From Chamaesiphon sp. (GTDB lineage: Bacteria; Cyanobacteriota; Cyanobacteriia; Cyanobacteriales; Chamaesiphonaceae), in contig CBDFFH010000036.1 of NCBI GenBank assembly GCA_965246715.1, forward strand, positions 1-64,000: DNA of 64,000 nt, written 5' to 3'. Numbering within the stretch: position 1 is the stretch's first letter; each line of letters starts with the position of its first letter. Below the pieces are notes generated by a model. The model was not told the DNA's origin. It made no database searches and saw nothing but the letters and a program-made list of their open reading frames with translations. The translations under genes were made by a program, and so were the position numbers. Below are positions 48,299 through 58,568 of the stretch, one piece after another.

Positions 48299-48955
48299 AT
48301 GAAAGCATTTGTAGCAGGAGCGACAGGCGAGACTGGGCGGCGCATCGTCCAGGAATTAGTCCAACGTCAAATTCCAGTCCGGGCGCTAGTCCGCGATATC
48401 GCCACCGCACGAGCCATTTTACCAGCAGCGGTAGAACTCGTTCTCGGCGATGTCCTCGATCCGAGTAGTCTACCGACTGCGATTGGGGATAGTACGGTAA
48501 TTTTATGCGCTACGGGCGCTAAACCCAGTCTAGACCCCACTGGCCCTTATCAAGTGGATTACCAAGGCACAAAAAATCTGGTTGATGCTGCTAAAGCTAA
48601 GGACATCGAGCAGTTTGTGTTTGTTTCCTCTTTATGCGTATCGAAGTTTTTCCACCCGCTCAACCTGTTTTGGTTGATCTTGTACTGGAAACAACAAGCC
48701 GAATCTTATTTAAAAACTAGCGGTCTTAATTACACGATCGTGCGTCCTGGAGGATTGAAAAATGATGACAATCCCAATCCAGTGATTATGTCTGCGGCAG
48801 ATACCCTCTTTGATGGTAGTATACCCAGACAAAAGGTGGCTCAGGTGTGCGTCGAGTCACTAACTAGTCCCCAATCTCGAAATAAAGTACTCGAAGTCGT
48901 CAGCTCGCCAACAGCAGTCGCAAAAAGTTGGGAAGAGCTATTTGCGGCAGTGTAG
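48299..48955 (+). CDS. NAD(P)H-binding atypical SDR oxidoreductase
   Basis: AGATGETG, VDYQGT and TIVRPGGL motifs. Confidence 0.9.
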   Translation: MKAFVAGATGETGRRIVQELVQRQIPVRALVRDIATARAILPAAVELVLGDVLDPSSLPTAIGDSTVILCATGAKPSLDPTGPYQVDYQGTKNLVDAAKAKDIEQFVFVSSLCVSKFFHPLNLFWLILYWKQQAESYLKTSGLNYTIVRPGGLKNDDNPNPVIMSAADTLFDGSIPRQKVAQVCVESLTSPQSRNKVLEVVSSPTAVAKSWEELFAAV

Positions 48956-49065
48956 TTATCTGGGGAATAGCCGATCGGGAAGAGAGGATAGTGTAAATTT
49001 GGATTACTGAGTTATTCGATCGATACTTATCCCTCAACCCCACTCCCTTATCCCTAGCCTCTCAA

Positions 49066-49728
49066 ATGCATAAACATTTGCATCAACATTTTAAGCCGAT
49101 CGCGATCGCCATCGGCGGAATCGCCTTACTCAGCTCGATCCTAATCTTCGGACACCCATCGCGGCGGCGTGCGCCAATTCCGACCTTTGAGACCGCCAAA
49201 ACACCACCATTGATGATGACAGGCGGCGACCCCTATCTTCGAGCGCTGATGCGGACGATATCATCGAGTGAATCAAACGATCGCCGACCCTATTCGGTAC
49301 TATATGGTGGGAGTCATGTTGAGGATCTGAGCTACCATCCCCAAAAGTGTATTCGGATCGTCAATGGGCCGAATATGAATAATTGCTCGACTGCAGCAGG
49401 ACGATATCAGATGATAAATACTACCTGGGCAGCGACTGCAAAAAAATATCATCCCCAACCCGATTGTTTATTATTTGTTTTTCAGTGTACTTATAGTTTT
49501 GAACCACAATATCAAGATGCAGTAGTTCATGCTTGGCTCAGTGACGAGAAAGCCTGGAATATGAATATTCCCCAGTTATTAAAAGCTGGCGAATTAGAGC
49601 AGGTACGACGGCGATTGTCGAGTACGTGGACGAGTTTGGGTTATGGCATCGAAACAAATACGATGACACCCAGACTAGCAAGAATTTATCAGCAGTTAGT
49701 TAAAGAGGAATTAGCTAAGCAAAGTTAG
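49066..49728 (+). CDS. Lambda-lysozyme-like muramidase (GH104-like) with N-terminal TM helix
   Basis: RALMRTISSSE, STAAGRYQ, FEPQYQD and WTSL motifs. Confidence 0.85.
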   Translation: MHKHLHQHFKPIAIAIGGIALLSSILIFGHPSRRRAPIPTFETAKTPPLMMTGGDPYLRALMRTISSSESNDRRPYSVLYGGSHVEDLSYHPQKCIRIVNGPNMNNCSTAAGRYQMINTTWAATAKKYHPQPDCLLFVFQCTYSFEPQYQDAVVHAWLSDEKAWNMNIPQLLKAGELEQVRRRLSSTWTSLGYGIETNTMTPRLARIYQQLVKEELAKQS

Positions 49729-49755
49729 TAAAGAGTCTCGATCGATCTTATCAAA

Positions 49756-50439
49756 ATGATTACTAATGCCGTATTGTTCGACCTCGATGGTACACTCACC
49801 GATCCCAAGCTAGGTATTGTTAAATCGATTCAATATGCTCTAACACAGCTCGGCCAGATCCCACGGGATCTTGACGAGCTGTTATGGTGTATCGGCCCAC
49901 CATTAAGCGATAGTTTTACTCGTCTCCTCGATACTACCGATCGAACCCACATAGAGCGAGTGATTCAGCTTTATCGCGATCGATTTGCCACAGTGGGATT
50001 GTTTGAAAATTTACTCTATCCAGAGATCCCTGAAGTTTTAAAAGAAATTCGAGCTGCTGGTTATCGAACTTATGTTGCCACATCCAAACCCCAAATCTAT
50101 GCGCATAAAATCATCGAGCATTTCGATTTAGCTGGATTATTCGATCGGGTTTATGGTAGCGAACTGGATGGTTCGTATAGTATTAAAGGCGAACTAATCG
50201 AAAAAATTTTACGATTAGAAGACCTCATGCCAACACGAACCCTAATGGTTGGAGATCGATCTTACGATTCGATCGGTGCTAAGCAAAATGGTCTTTATTC
50301 GATCGGCGTTACTTATGGTTACGGCTCTAAATTAGAGTTGCGTGAGTGCGGTACAGATGCGATCGTCGATCGACCCAAAGACATTCTAAAAATTCTGAGG
50401 GATCGAGAACGTCAAGTAAGTAACGTGAGTTCGGGTTGA
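49756..50439 (+). CDS. HAD-family phosphatase
   Basis: FDLDGTLTD, ATSKP and MVGDR motifs; the stop codon comes from the downstream MITE. Confidence 0.9.
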   Translation: MITNAVLFDLDGTLTDPKLGIVKSIQYALTQLGQIPRDLDELLWCIGPPLSDSFTRLLDTTDRTHIERVIQLYRDRFATVGLFENLLYPEIPEVLKEIRAAGYRTYVATSKPQIYAHKIIEHFDLAGLFDRVYGSELDGSYSIKGELIEKILRLEDLMPTRTLMVGDRSYDSIGAKQNGLYSIGVTYGYGSKLELRECGTDAIVDRPKDILKILRDRERQVSNVSSG

Positions 50440-50778
50440 CGGTATTCGCTTCGTTTGAGTAGCGCACTCGATTGAAATCGGTGCTACTAGTGCAAAGTCC
50501 GGTTGTTGCCGCGAGCGGCAAAAGCCTGCCTACGCGGACTGATCAGCTAGTCCGCGTAGGCGGACTTTGCATCATGAGCAGAGACTGAAGTCTCTAGGCG
50601 GCGTTGCTCATTTGAGGTATGAATTACCCTCGAAATCTGGGGTAGGGGCAATTCATGAATTGCCCCTACCCCAGACCCCCCAGATCTGGGTTTTGCCCCC
50701 ACCAGTAAAACTTGCAGCCCACAAATATATACCGCTTGCCGCTTCGCTTTGGACAAGTTTTATCCCGAACTGAGGTTA
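50421..50778. mobile_element. MITE family A with nested repeats
   Basis: TAACGTGAGTTCGGG ... TTATCCCGAACTGAGGTTA. Confidence 0.8.
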
Positions 50779-50780
50779 AG

Positions 50781-51021
50781 TAACGTGAGTTCGGGTTAAA
50801 GATGTCCATTTAATGACTTCTAGCTTCGTTTCTGAACCGCCCTCAAATGAATTAGTTGCTAATAGCAAAAGTTCTCTTCAGAGAATTGCCCAATTGATTA
50901 GTTCGTTTCAACGAACTTTTGCTATTAGCCCGTTGGCGTAGCCTTTCGGAACGAAACACTTATAGTTCAGGGCGGTGCTTGAACGGAGCAGATCGATTTT
51001 CCTTATCCCGAACTCACGTTA
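50781..51021. mobile_element. MITE family A, in tandem with the previous copy
   Basis: TAACGTGAGTTCGGGTTAA ... CTTATCCCGAACTCACGTTA. Confidence 0.8.
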
Positions 51022-51092
51022 AGTAGGTAAAACTTTAAGAAAGCTAGATTACTATGAATTGTAACCTAAGCCCAATCTCCTTCGATTCAACC

Positions 51093-52142
51093 TTACCCGA
51101 TCGCAGCAGCAGCTTTTTGTAATGCTAATTTATCAGCAATTCTAATTGCTTCCAATCGATCGAGTTCGTTCCAAACTTCTTTGAGCATTGGTTCCAATCC
51201 CGTCCGAGTCGCCGACGAAATCAGAAATACTGGTTGCTTGGCTACTTTACTAAGTTCGGCAGCAATCTCCGCAATCTCTTCATCATCTACCGCATCGATC
51301 TTGCTCAAAGCGAGAATTTGCGGACGAATAGCCAAAGAGTCATTGTAAGCACTCAACTCCTGCTGAATCGTCCGATAGGCACCGATCGGGTCTTCCCCTG
51401 TTGCCTCGACGAGGTGCAATAATACTCGCGTGCGTTCGATATGTCGCAGGAAGTCATGCCCCAAACCCGCACCTTGAGACGCGCCCTCAATCAGCCCAGG
51501 AATATCAGCAAATAAAGTACCATCACCGCTAGGCTTCTTGACGACACCGAGATTGGGGACGAGCGTGGTAAATGGATAGTCGGCTACTTTCGGACGAGCG
51601 GCGGAGAGTGCGGAGATCAGCGTTGATTTACCCGCATTGGGCAAACCGATAATTCCGACTTCGGCTAATAATTTTAATTCCAGGCGAATCCGTTTTTGTT
51701 GCGGCGGTTGTCCTGGGAGTGCATAGTCAGGCGCGCGATTGCTATTGGTCAAAAAGTGTTGATTTCCTAAACCACCTTTACCACCAGATACGACTCGATA
51801 AGTCTGTCCGGGTTCGACCAAATCGACGATGAGTTCTTCTGTCTCAGTATCATAAATCATCGTACCGCAGGGCACTTCGACGGTGAGGTCTTCACCAGAT
51901 GCACCCGTACAACTATTCGAGCCGCCTTTGGTCCCGTTTTTCGCTTTAAATCGCCGGTTGTAACGAAAATCTAATAGGGTTTGGAGGTTTTCGACGGCGG
52001 TAAAGTAAATCGAGCCACCGCGTCCGCCATTACCGCCCGAAGGCCCCCCAGCGGGAACATATTTCTCGCGGCGAAATGTGACCATCCCATCTCCACCACT
52101 TCCGGATTCTACTTCTACTTCTGCGAGATCGATGAATTGCAT
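51093..52142 (-). CDS. obgE: GTPase ObgE/CgtA
   Basis: FRREKYVPAGGP, GLPNAGKS, YPFTT and DIPG motifs. Confidence 0.97.
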   Translation of the reverse strand: MQFIDLAEVEVESGSGGDGMVTFRREKYVPAGGPSGGNGGRGGSIYFTAVENLQTLLDFRYNRRFKAKNGTKGGSNSCTGASGEDLTVEVPCGTMIYDTETEELIVDLVEPGQTYRVVSGGKGGLGNQHFLTNSNRAPDYALPGQPPQQKRIRLELKLLAEVGIIGLPNAGKSTLISALSAARPKVADYPFTTLVPNLGVVKKPSGDGTLFADIPGLIEGASQGAGLGHDFLRHIERTRVLLHLVEATGEDPIGAYRTIQQELSAYNDSLAIRPQILALSKIDAVDDEEIAEIAAELSKVAKQPVFLISSATRTGLEPMLKEVWNELDRLEAIRIADKLALQKAAAAIG

Positions 52143-52374
52143 GGCTGGGGAGATGAGATACGAGCAAGGTTATACCATTATAGCGAGGAGGGCAGGTTTT
52201 GTTTGCAGCCGCTCGAAACCCGCAACCAAAACTTCCGCCGATCGATATTAAGCGTTGCTCGATACAAGTATGATTTGCTATTACTTCGATCGACTCCAGA
52301 GACAGCAATGTTCCCTCAATCCAAAATCCAAAATGGTATTACCTGTTGGGCTAGCACACCCTACAAAACTAAAA

Positions 52375-52696
52375 AACCGTGAATTTGGGATAAGGATTTC
52401 CGGTCGAAAAACTCAACCCACAGATCGACCCACAATGCGGAGCTAAAGCGAAGCGCGCCATGCAACACACCAACAAAACCTTCCGCAGCGGCTCGCAGCT
52501 GGGAGGTTCCCTCCCGGATTATGCGAGACAAGACAGGAGAGTTTGAGAGGCGGCGTTCCGCCTTTCAACGGGGGGTCTGGGGGAAGCCTCCCCCAGATCC
52601 GGGTTTTTGCTTCTCATACCGATTTAAAGAGGTAACCTGACAGATCTCTACCCTTTGCAATTCTGAACGATCGATTCCGATCCCGAACTGACGTTA
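52375..52696. mobile_element. MITE family A (degenerate left end) with nested mini-element
   Basis: CGTGAATTTGGGATAAG ... ATCCCGAACTGACGTTA. Confidence 0.65.
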
Positions 52697-52699
52697 AAA

Positions 52700-52734
52700 A
52701 AGAAGAAGGTCGAGCAATGCCCAACCTTCTTCTT
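52700..52734 (-). terminator. Probable desA terminator
   Basis: AAGAAGAAGGT ... ACCTTCTTCTT stem, followed by a T-run on the minus strand. Confidence 0.6.
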
Positions 52735-52757
52735 AACTATTCACTATTGACTATTCA

Positions 52758-53810
52758 CTAGTTACGAGCGTTAAACTCAGCGAAACTCTGATAAAACTCA
52801 TTCTCTTCATAGATGTGGCAGTTATCAGTGATGTCCTTCATCAGTTCCCAGTTGAACTTGCGTTCTTTGATGTATTCACCCCAATTAGCCTTGATAATTG
52901 CGTGAGCTTCACGCAAGCGATACGAAGGAATTGCTGTAGAAATGTGATGGGGAACGTGAACGTTGATATCGTGACAGAGAAACTCGACCCAGCGCGGATA
53001 GTCACAGTGAACGGTACCAGTTAATTGGGCGATCGCCTCTTGCCATTCGTTGGTAGGCTTGAATGGAATATCCGACGCGGTGTGATGCACGATCGTAAAT
53101 GTGCTCATCCAGAAGTGATAAACCAACCATGGCAGCAACCAAAATTTCACAAATCCCCAGACACCCAGAGTTGCAAACATAATCGGGAAGATAACCGCCG
53201 CACCGATAATCACAAATAAAGCCGAGAATTTCACATCATCTCTGGTTTTACCTGCTTTGAAATTGTGCCAGTTAAAGTGAACTGCTGCCCAGTGAGGTAA
53301 TGAAGCTACCCACCATAACTTACCGCGCATGGCTTGATAGACTACTTGTAACCAAGTTGGAGCTGTCTGATAAGCTTCTGGTCGCCAAGGCTGCCAAGCA
53401 TTGTCCACATCCATTTTATTGGTGTGTTTGTGATGCTTTGCGTGTCCGTAGCGCCAGCCATGAAAGGGATAAATCAAGGTCAACATGAATAGATGACCGA
53501 CAATATCGTTGACCTTGCGGCTATTGGAGAAGGAGCGGTGAGCGCAATCATGACCGATGACGAAACAGCCAGTCATCGCTGTACCTGTGAAGATCCACGC
53601 GAATGGTAAGAGGTACCAAGGGGAAAATGCGATCGCAGTCATTCCCAGCGCAACTGTGATGATGGTAGTGACTACTGACTGCCAAGCCTTGCGGCTATCT
53701 TTAGCAAAAACTTCTTTGGGTAAAGTTTTGAGGATGTCCTTAAGCTTTAGTTCGGAATTAGATGTTTGGGACAGCGAAGTGGCTGTATTCGACTCGATCG
53801 ATAATGTCAT
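52758..53810 (-). CDS. desA: Delta-12 acyl-lipid desaturase
   Basis: His boxes HDCAH, HAKHH and HVPHH; likely ATG at 53810. Confidence 0.92.
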   Translation of the reverse strand: MTLSIESNTATSLSQTSNSELKLKDILKTLPKEVFAKDSRKAWQSVVTTIITVALGMTAIAFSPWYLLPFAWIFTGTAMTGCFVIGHDCAHRSFSNSRKVNDIVGHLFMLTLIYPFHGWRYGHAKHHKHTNKMDVDNAWQPWRPEAYQTAPTWLQVVYQAMRGKLWWVASLPHWAAVHFNWHNFKAGKTRDDVKFSALFVIIGAAVIFPIMFATLGVWGFVKFWLLPWLVYHFWMSTFTIVHHTASDIPFKPTNEWQEAIAQLTGTVHCDYPRWVEFLCHDINVHVPHHISTAIPSYRLREAHAIIKANWGEYIKERKFNWELMKDITDNCHIYEENEFYQSFAEFNARN

Positions 53811-54154
53811 GTAGCGGTTTAGATCTCCACGGGTTACTAGGGTACAGTCGTTGCTACCGCCCATTACGCACCGCTCTATCGGCAGATAAGTGGCAATTAT
53901 TAATTTGTAGCCAGACTAGGTACAGTTTTGTTAACAAACATTAATATTTATCCTACATTAGTCTGTCCCAGCAGGATAGTCAATACCGTCGCCACCTAGA
54001 AACAGCCTATGTTAAGGCTACCCGATCGCTCCCCATGAATTAACAACTTAGGAAGATGCGATCGGTGAATTATGAGTTTGATGATGTCTGAATCGGGTGA
54101 TTTAGTAACCACGAAGGTGCGCCATCGGGCGGGGTTGGTAAAGGTTCGGTTATT

Positions 54155-55171
54155 TTAAAGATCGATCGCCGAACCATCCGCAGCTTCTAACACGAATCCC
54201 AGATCCGCGATCGTATCCCAGTCTTGATGCGCCGCTTGTCCTGGTGTAGTTAGATAATCGCCGACAAAAATTGAATTTGCCACATACAAGCCTAACGGTT
54301 GGAGCGATCGCAAGTGAACTTCACGCCCCCCAGCAATCCGAATTTCCTGAGATGGGAGTAGGAACCGGAACAAACACAGTATTCGCAAGCACTGCTGCGG
54401 TGTTAGCTGCTGGATATCAGCAAACTTAGTCCCAGGAATGGGAATCAAAAAATTAATCGGTACGCTAGTCACGCCTAATTCGCGCAGGGACAGGGCTAAA
54501 TCGATAACATCATCATTTGACTCGCCCATCCCCAAAATACCGCCGGAACAGGTCGTAATCCCAGCAGCATGGACATTTTTGATTGTCTCGACTCGATCGG
54601 TATAAGTATGCGTGCTAACGATCCGATCGGTGTTGGCTTCGGATGTATTTAGATTATGATTAACTCGATCGACCCCCGCCTCTGCTAGTCTGTGCGTCTG
54701 TTCTTCACTGAGCAATCCCAAACAGGCACAGACCTTCAGATCGTAATTTGCCTTAACTTCGCGGACGGCATCCAATACTTTACCAAAAGTCGCTTCATTT
54801 GGCGATCGACCGGAAATCACCATGCAAAATGTCCCCGCCTTAAGTTCCGCTGCTCGTTTGGCCGCATCGAGAATCTTATCCTTCGCCATCAGCGGATATT
54901 TCTCGATTTCTGCGGTAGAGATTTTTGATTGCGAGCAGTAGTGACAGTCTTCTGGACACATGCCACTCTGAGCATTTAAGAGATAGTGCAGTCGCACTCG
55001 ATTGCTCCAATAGTGACGACGCACCCGATATGCGGCGGCGACTTGATCCAACAACACCGCATCCTCAGCGCTTAGGACGGATCTAGCTTCATCCCTCGTC
55101 AATATCTCTCCCGCTAACGATCGATCGGCAAGGCTATTCCAGGTGGGTGTCGTTAATAACATGGAACTCAA
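54155..55171 (-). CDS. bioB: Biotin synthase
   Basis: [11 protein letters not shown] radical-SAM motif, NHNLNTS and IAGGRE. Confidence 0.96.
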   Translation of the reverse strand: MSSMLLTTPTWNSLADRSLAGEILTRDEARSVLSAEDAVLLDQVAAAYRVRRHYWSNRVRLHYLLNAQSGMCPEDCHYCSQSKISTAEIEKYPLMAKDKILDAAKRAAELKAGTFCMVISGRSPNEATFGKVLDAVREVKANYDLKVCACLGLLSEEQTHRLAEAGVDRVNHNLNTSEANTDRIVSTHTYTDRVETIKNVHAAGITTCSGGILGMGESNDDVIDLALSLRELGVTSVPINFLIPIPGTKFADIQQLTPQQCLRILCLFRFLLPSQEIRIAGGREVHLRSLQPLGLYVANSIFVGDYLTTPGQAAHQDWDTIADLGFVLEAADGSAIDL

Positions 55172-55658
55172 AGTCTAAATGATGGGCGATCGCTATTATT
55201 GCCGAATCTGGTGACTTAGTTGCGCGATCTGGCGAGCGATTTTGTTAAATGGCAAGATAATGACATGATGAGATCTTTGCTAGCGATCGCATGAAACCTA
55301 TCTCCAACAATATTGAAGACTACCTCAAGCCGAGTATGGCGATCGATCGATCCAAGCAGATATGACTTACGCATTGACGGCTATAAGGGATTGTGGCGAG
55401 CGAGATTATTTTCTATTTAAGGATTTTAAAAAGTGGGATGCTCCCCTATTACTCTCGCCAGAAGATTAAATTTGCTTTCGATCGAATATCGTTTACTGTC
55501 TAAGGTTTGAGAGCTAATTTCTAACATTTTAGAATTGGGGGCGGTGAAAATTGAAACTGTTAGTAATTAAGCTCTCGATCGCTTGCGTGAAGACATCTCT
55601 ATCGATCGAGAGCGATTTTACCTTTCCTGGAGTGATAAAAGAGGGCTATAGCAATCCT

Positions 55659-55840
55659 GGCGTTGCTGAATATGGGTATGATTTTTTGTAGGGGTGCTCC
55701 TGTCTTGTCGTTTTTTTATTCGGGGGTTCCCCCCGAATAAAAACGCCGCTTGTGGGTACCCTGAATCGATGCGGGGTACCCACGAGGCATTACCCCTACA
55801 AAAATTGTTTGTGCGTTTCATACATTAATTCAGCAACGCC
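55659..55840. mobile_element. MITE family C (182 bp), inverted relative to 25218-25399
   Basis: TIR GGCGTTGCTGAAT; 8-bp target duplication GCAATCCT at 55651-55658 and 55841-55848. Confidence 0.9.
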
Positions 55841-55908
55841 GCAATCCTAAATCAGAAGCAACTTCATAGTACAATCATATTCAATGGTCGATCGCAGGAA
55901 TATAGGCA

Positions 55909-56430
55909 ATGCACAATTTTCTACTAGAGCGAAAAATAAAAAATGAAAAAATAGCGGCACTAGCAGCCTTTATTAAGAGTAATCCAGATGTAAGGGAACT
56001 AAAAAGAGGGCTAGCGGTTAAGATGGCAATCCAAGAGGAGCCTTATCAAAAGACAACACAATTACTAGGAGTAAGTAATTTTTGGATAAGTGATTGGAAA
56101 AAGAACTTTAAAGCGAAGGGGATAGAAGGAATTAGACTGGGATATAAAGGGTCAAAAAAATATTTAACAGACGAACAATCGACAGAAATAGTGGAATGGC
56201 TAAGAAGTAGAGAGTATTGGCAGGTGGAAGAACTAATCAACTATTTGGACAACGAATATGGAGTTGGGTACAAATCCAAGCAAAGTTATTATGACTTGTT
56301 CAATTTAGCAAAAATCAGTTGGAAAAGAACTCAAAAAGCCAACCCAAAATCTGATGAAGATCGGGTAAAAAAAAGCCGAAGAAATTAATGGCATTCTAGC
56401 GAAGAACCAGTCAGAGATTGAATCAGGGGT
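55909..56430 (+). pseudogene. IS630-family transposase, N-terminal HTH part only
   Basis: DVRELKRGLAVK and YKSKQSYYDLF...SWKRTQK motifs; an A8 tract shifts into KKAEEINGILAKNQSEIESG, then the sequence breaks off before the DDE domain. Confidence 0.8.
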
Positions 56431-56635
56431 CAGACAAAACCAAGTTGGGAAGAGGTATACTCGGTTATCGCAGCGATTGGGGTTAATCTCAGTGCAATCG
56501 GTTTTCTGAATGAGCGGTGTCGTCATCAAATGTTGTTGCCATGACGTAGCCTATCCTGAAGGAGAATCGTCGTTGGCGTAGCCGCGCCGAGAGGTAATCG
56601 AGTGTCAGTAATTGTGTCAATCGAGATACATCAAT

Positions 56636-56960
56636 TTCACTCTATTTCACTGGTAGATTCATCTAATTTCAAGGTATAAATTAGAGCCTCATTTAACTGT
56701 TGAACTTACACAGACGAGAGTTTGCCAAGTTGCCGGATTAGTTGCTGTCGTTCGCGTAGCGTTGCCCACTGGCAAATCTATGACTGCAATTTGATAGCAG
56801 AGTGCCACCGATTCTTGAGTGAGTCCACCTTCCTCCGCGAGAATGGTAATGGTGCCAGGAATGTTCGAGCGGCGAAGATTAGAAGTGAGAGGTACAATCA
56901 CGACTGTTTGGGTGAATCTATCGATCGTCTCCCGCTGTACGACAACAACCGGACGTTTTC
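56636..56960 (-). pseudogene. PemK/MazF-family toxin remnant
   Basis: KRPVVVVQ...VIVPLTSN...SVALCYQIAVID; 5' end missing, 25-nt insertion and internal stop. Confidence 0.8.
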
Positions 56961-56985
56961 TTTACTCTACCTGCCCCAATTTATA

Positions 56986-57080
56986 GTTGCAGTTAATTCG
57001 GTCTCAAAATTAGTATTGCGGGCTGGTTGCACTTAATTCGGTCTCAAGTGACCGGATAGTTGCAGTTAATGTGGTCTCAA
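56986..57080. repeat. Three 22-bp direct repeats (transposon-end- or iteron-like)
   Basis: GTTGCASTTAATKYGGTCTCAA at 56986, 57026 and 57059. Confidence 0.75.
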
Positions 57081-57113
57081 AATTGCGATGATTGCAGTCC
57101 TGAGTGATTACTA

Positions 57114-57329
57114 TTGCAGGTCGCTACAACTAGAGGTAGATCTGAAGGCAAAGCTGAAGGCGAGGCTGGACTGATCCTGCGCCAATTGAATCGTCGCTTT
57201 GGTACTTTACCTGCTGGAGTATCCGATCGCATTTCTCAATTAACGATCGAGCAGTTGGATGAATTGGGTGAGGCGTTGCTTGATTTTACAAGCTTGAGCG
57301 ATCTAGAAGCTTGGCTGGCGAGATCGTAA
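57114..57329 (+). pseudogene. DUF4351 C-terminal fragment
   Basis: LILRQLNRRFG and LDELGEALLDF...DLEAWL motifs; no N-terminal domain. Confidence 0.75.
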
Positions 57330-57576
57330 TGCCGCTCGTCAATTTTGAATCGATCGAGGCGCGATTCGGCAAAGCCGACGCTAGCGCGAACGAGTGGTGA
57401 GAAAACGAGCATTATCACACCCTTGTTGTAAAGATTTAGCTCCAGACAATAGTTTCAGCTCCTAGAAGATGAGTGTGATAATCGCGATCGCCTCCGAAAA
57501 CAGTCGATATAAGCTAAACCGATCGATCTTCAAGTCTCAACAGCGTATTCTTTCGTCAATAAATAAATATTGCTTA

Positions 57577-58032
57577 TCAATCTGCGAATTTCCCCTGCAT
57601 CGTCGTAAATTTTCGGCGTTCTCCGGTTTGCTTTCGGTGAAGATAACGTTGTCTCGCTTGAGCCAACACTGACTCCATTAAATTGGGGTCATGCTGACAA
57701 GCCAGATAAGCAGCTTCTAAAAATGTCTCTCTGGTAATCTTGGTTTTACTACACAGATTTTCTAACTCCGCATCGAGATCGCGATCGATTCGGAGCGTTC
57801 GTCGATTCACTTCACCTGTAGGCTGGTTGTATAGTTGCTCTGTAGGCGCGGCAATATTTACCGCTCCTTCGCTAGAGCTGAAGTCATGGGAACGCTCGAT
57901 GAGATCTTCACTAGATGAATGACTAAATTCAGTCTTTTTGTCATTACTGAATTCAGTTAATGAACTATTTCGGACTGGTACTGTGGCTCTCGGACGAGTT
58001 TTGAGCCGAGCAAAGGCATCGTTATCTGTCAT
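57577..58032 (-). CDS. Putative ParA partner/DNA-binding protein
   Basis: ATG overlaps the parA stop (ATGA); RRTLRID...ITRETFLEAAY resembles a ribbon-helix-helix segment. Confidence 0.7.
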   Translation of the reverse strand: MTDNDAFARLKTRPRATVPVRNSSLTEFSNDKKTEFSHSSSEDLIERSHDFSSSEGAVNIAAPTEQLYNQPTGEVNRRTLRIDRDLDAELENLCSKTKITRETFLEAAYLACQHDPNLMESVLAQARQRYLHRKQTGERRKFTTMQGKFAD

Positions 58033-58438
58033 GCGTGGGCACATAATATGCGGATGATTTCTGTAAAGGGGTATTCTAGTTGAGGATGTTCGAGATCTGA
58101 AGGGAGCTGGTTTTGGTCGATCGCGCGTTTGAATTGTTCGGATTTGAGGATTGAGGGGAGGATGGGAATATCTCCAGCGATTTCCCGCATGGTCTCGATA
58201 CTTTTTTGACTTTGCTTGGCTTGAGTGCGACCCGTCCAGCGATCTCGGAAGGGTAAAACTCCCAGTAGCGTACCGCCGAAGGCATCGACTTGTTGAAGTT
58301 CAAGGTCAAGCTGGCCTGTGGATCGGCATCGACCATCAGGACTCGATAACCGCTCCGACTGAGGAGTTTACCCAGGCAGATAGCTGTAGTGGTTTTGCCC
58401 TGTCCACCTGAGAGCGAGGTACAGGTGATAGTTTCCAT
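58029..58438 (-). pseudogene. parA: ParA-family ATPase with internal deletion and frameshift
   Basis: GGQGKTT and DADPQASLT, then a shifted frame ELQQVDAF...GVLPFRDRW...LEYPF ending at TGA 58029. Confidence 0.8.
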
Positions 58439-58568
58439 GATTTATTCAGTCAAGGTTGAATAGCGATAAAGCTGAATGACTAAATTTAGTCACTATTAAA
58501 TAGTAGCATTTAGGGGTGCGATCGGGATAGCTGTAAAATAGTGCTACGAATTATCGAGGATAGCTCGG

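Noticed and set aside
49066..49728. Lambda-like lysozyme as a sign of a prophage
   Set aside because: No phage structural, holin or integrase neighbours; it sits among housekeeping genes
50547..50773. Small ORFs inside the tandem MITEs
   Set aside because: Entirely repeat-derived
55172..55650. Possible riboswitch or ncRNA upstream of bioB
   Set aside because: No recognisable motif or convincing structure
56986..57080. Possible mini-CRISPR array (repeats start GTTGCA)
   Set aside because: Spacers are only 18 and 11 nt, repeats are 22 nt, and there are no cas genes in the window
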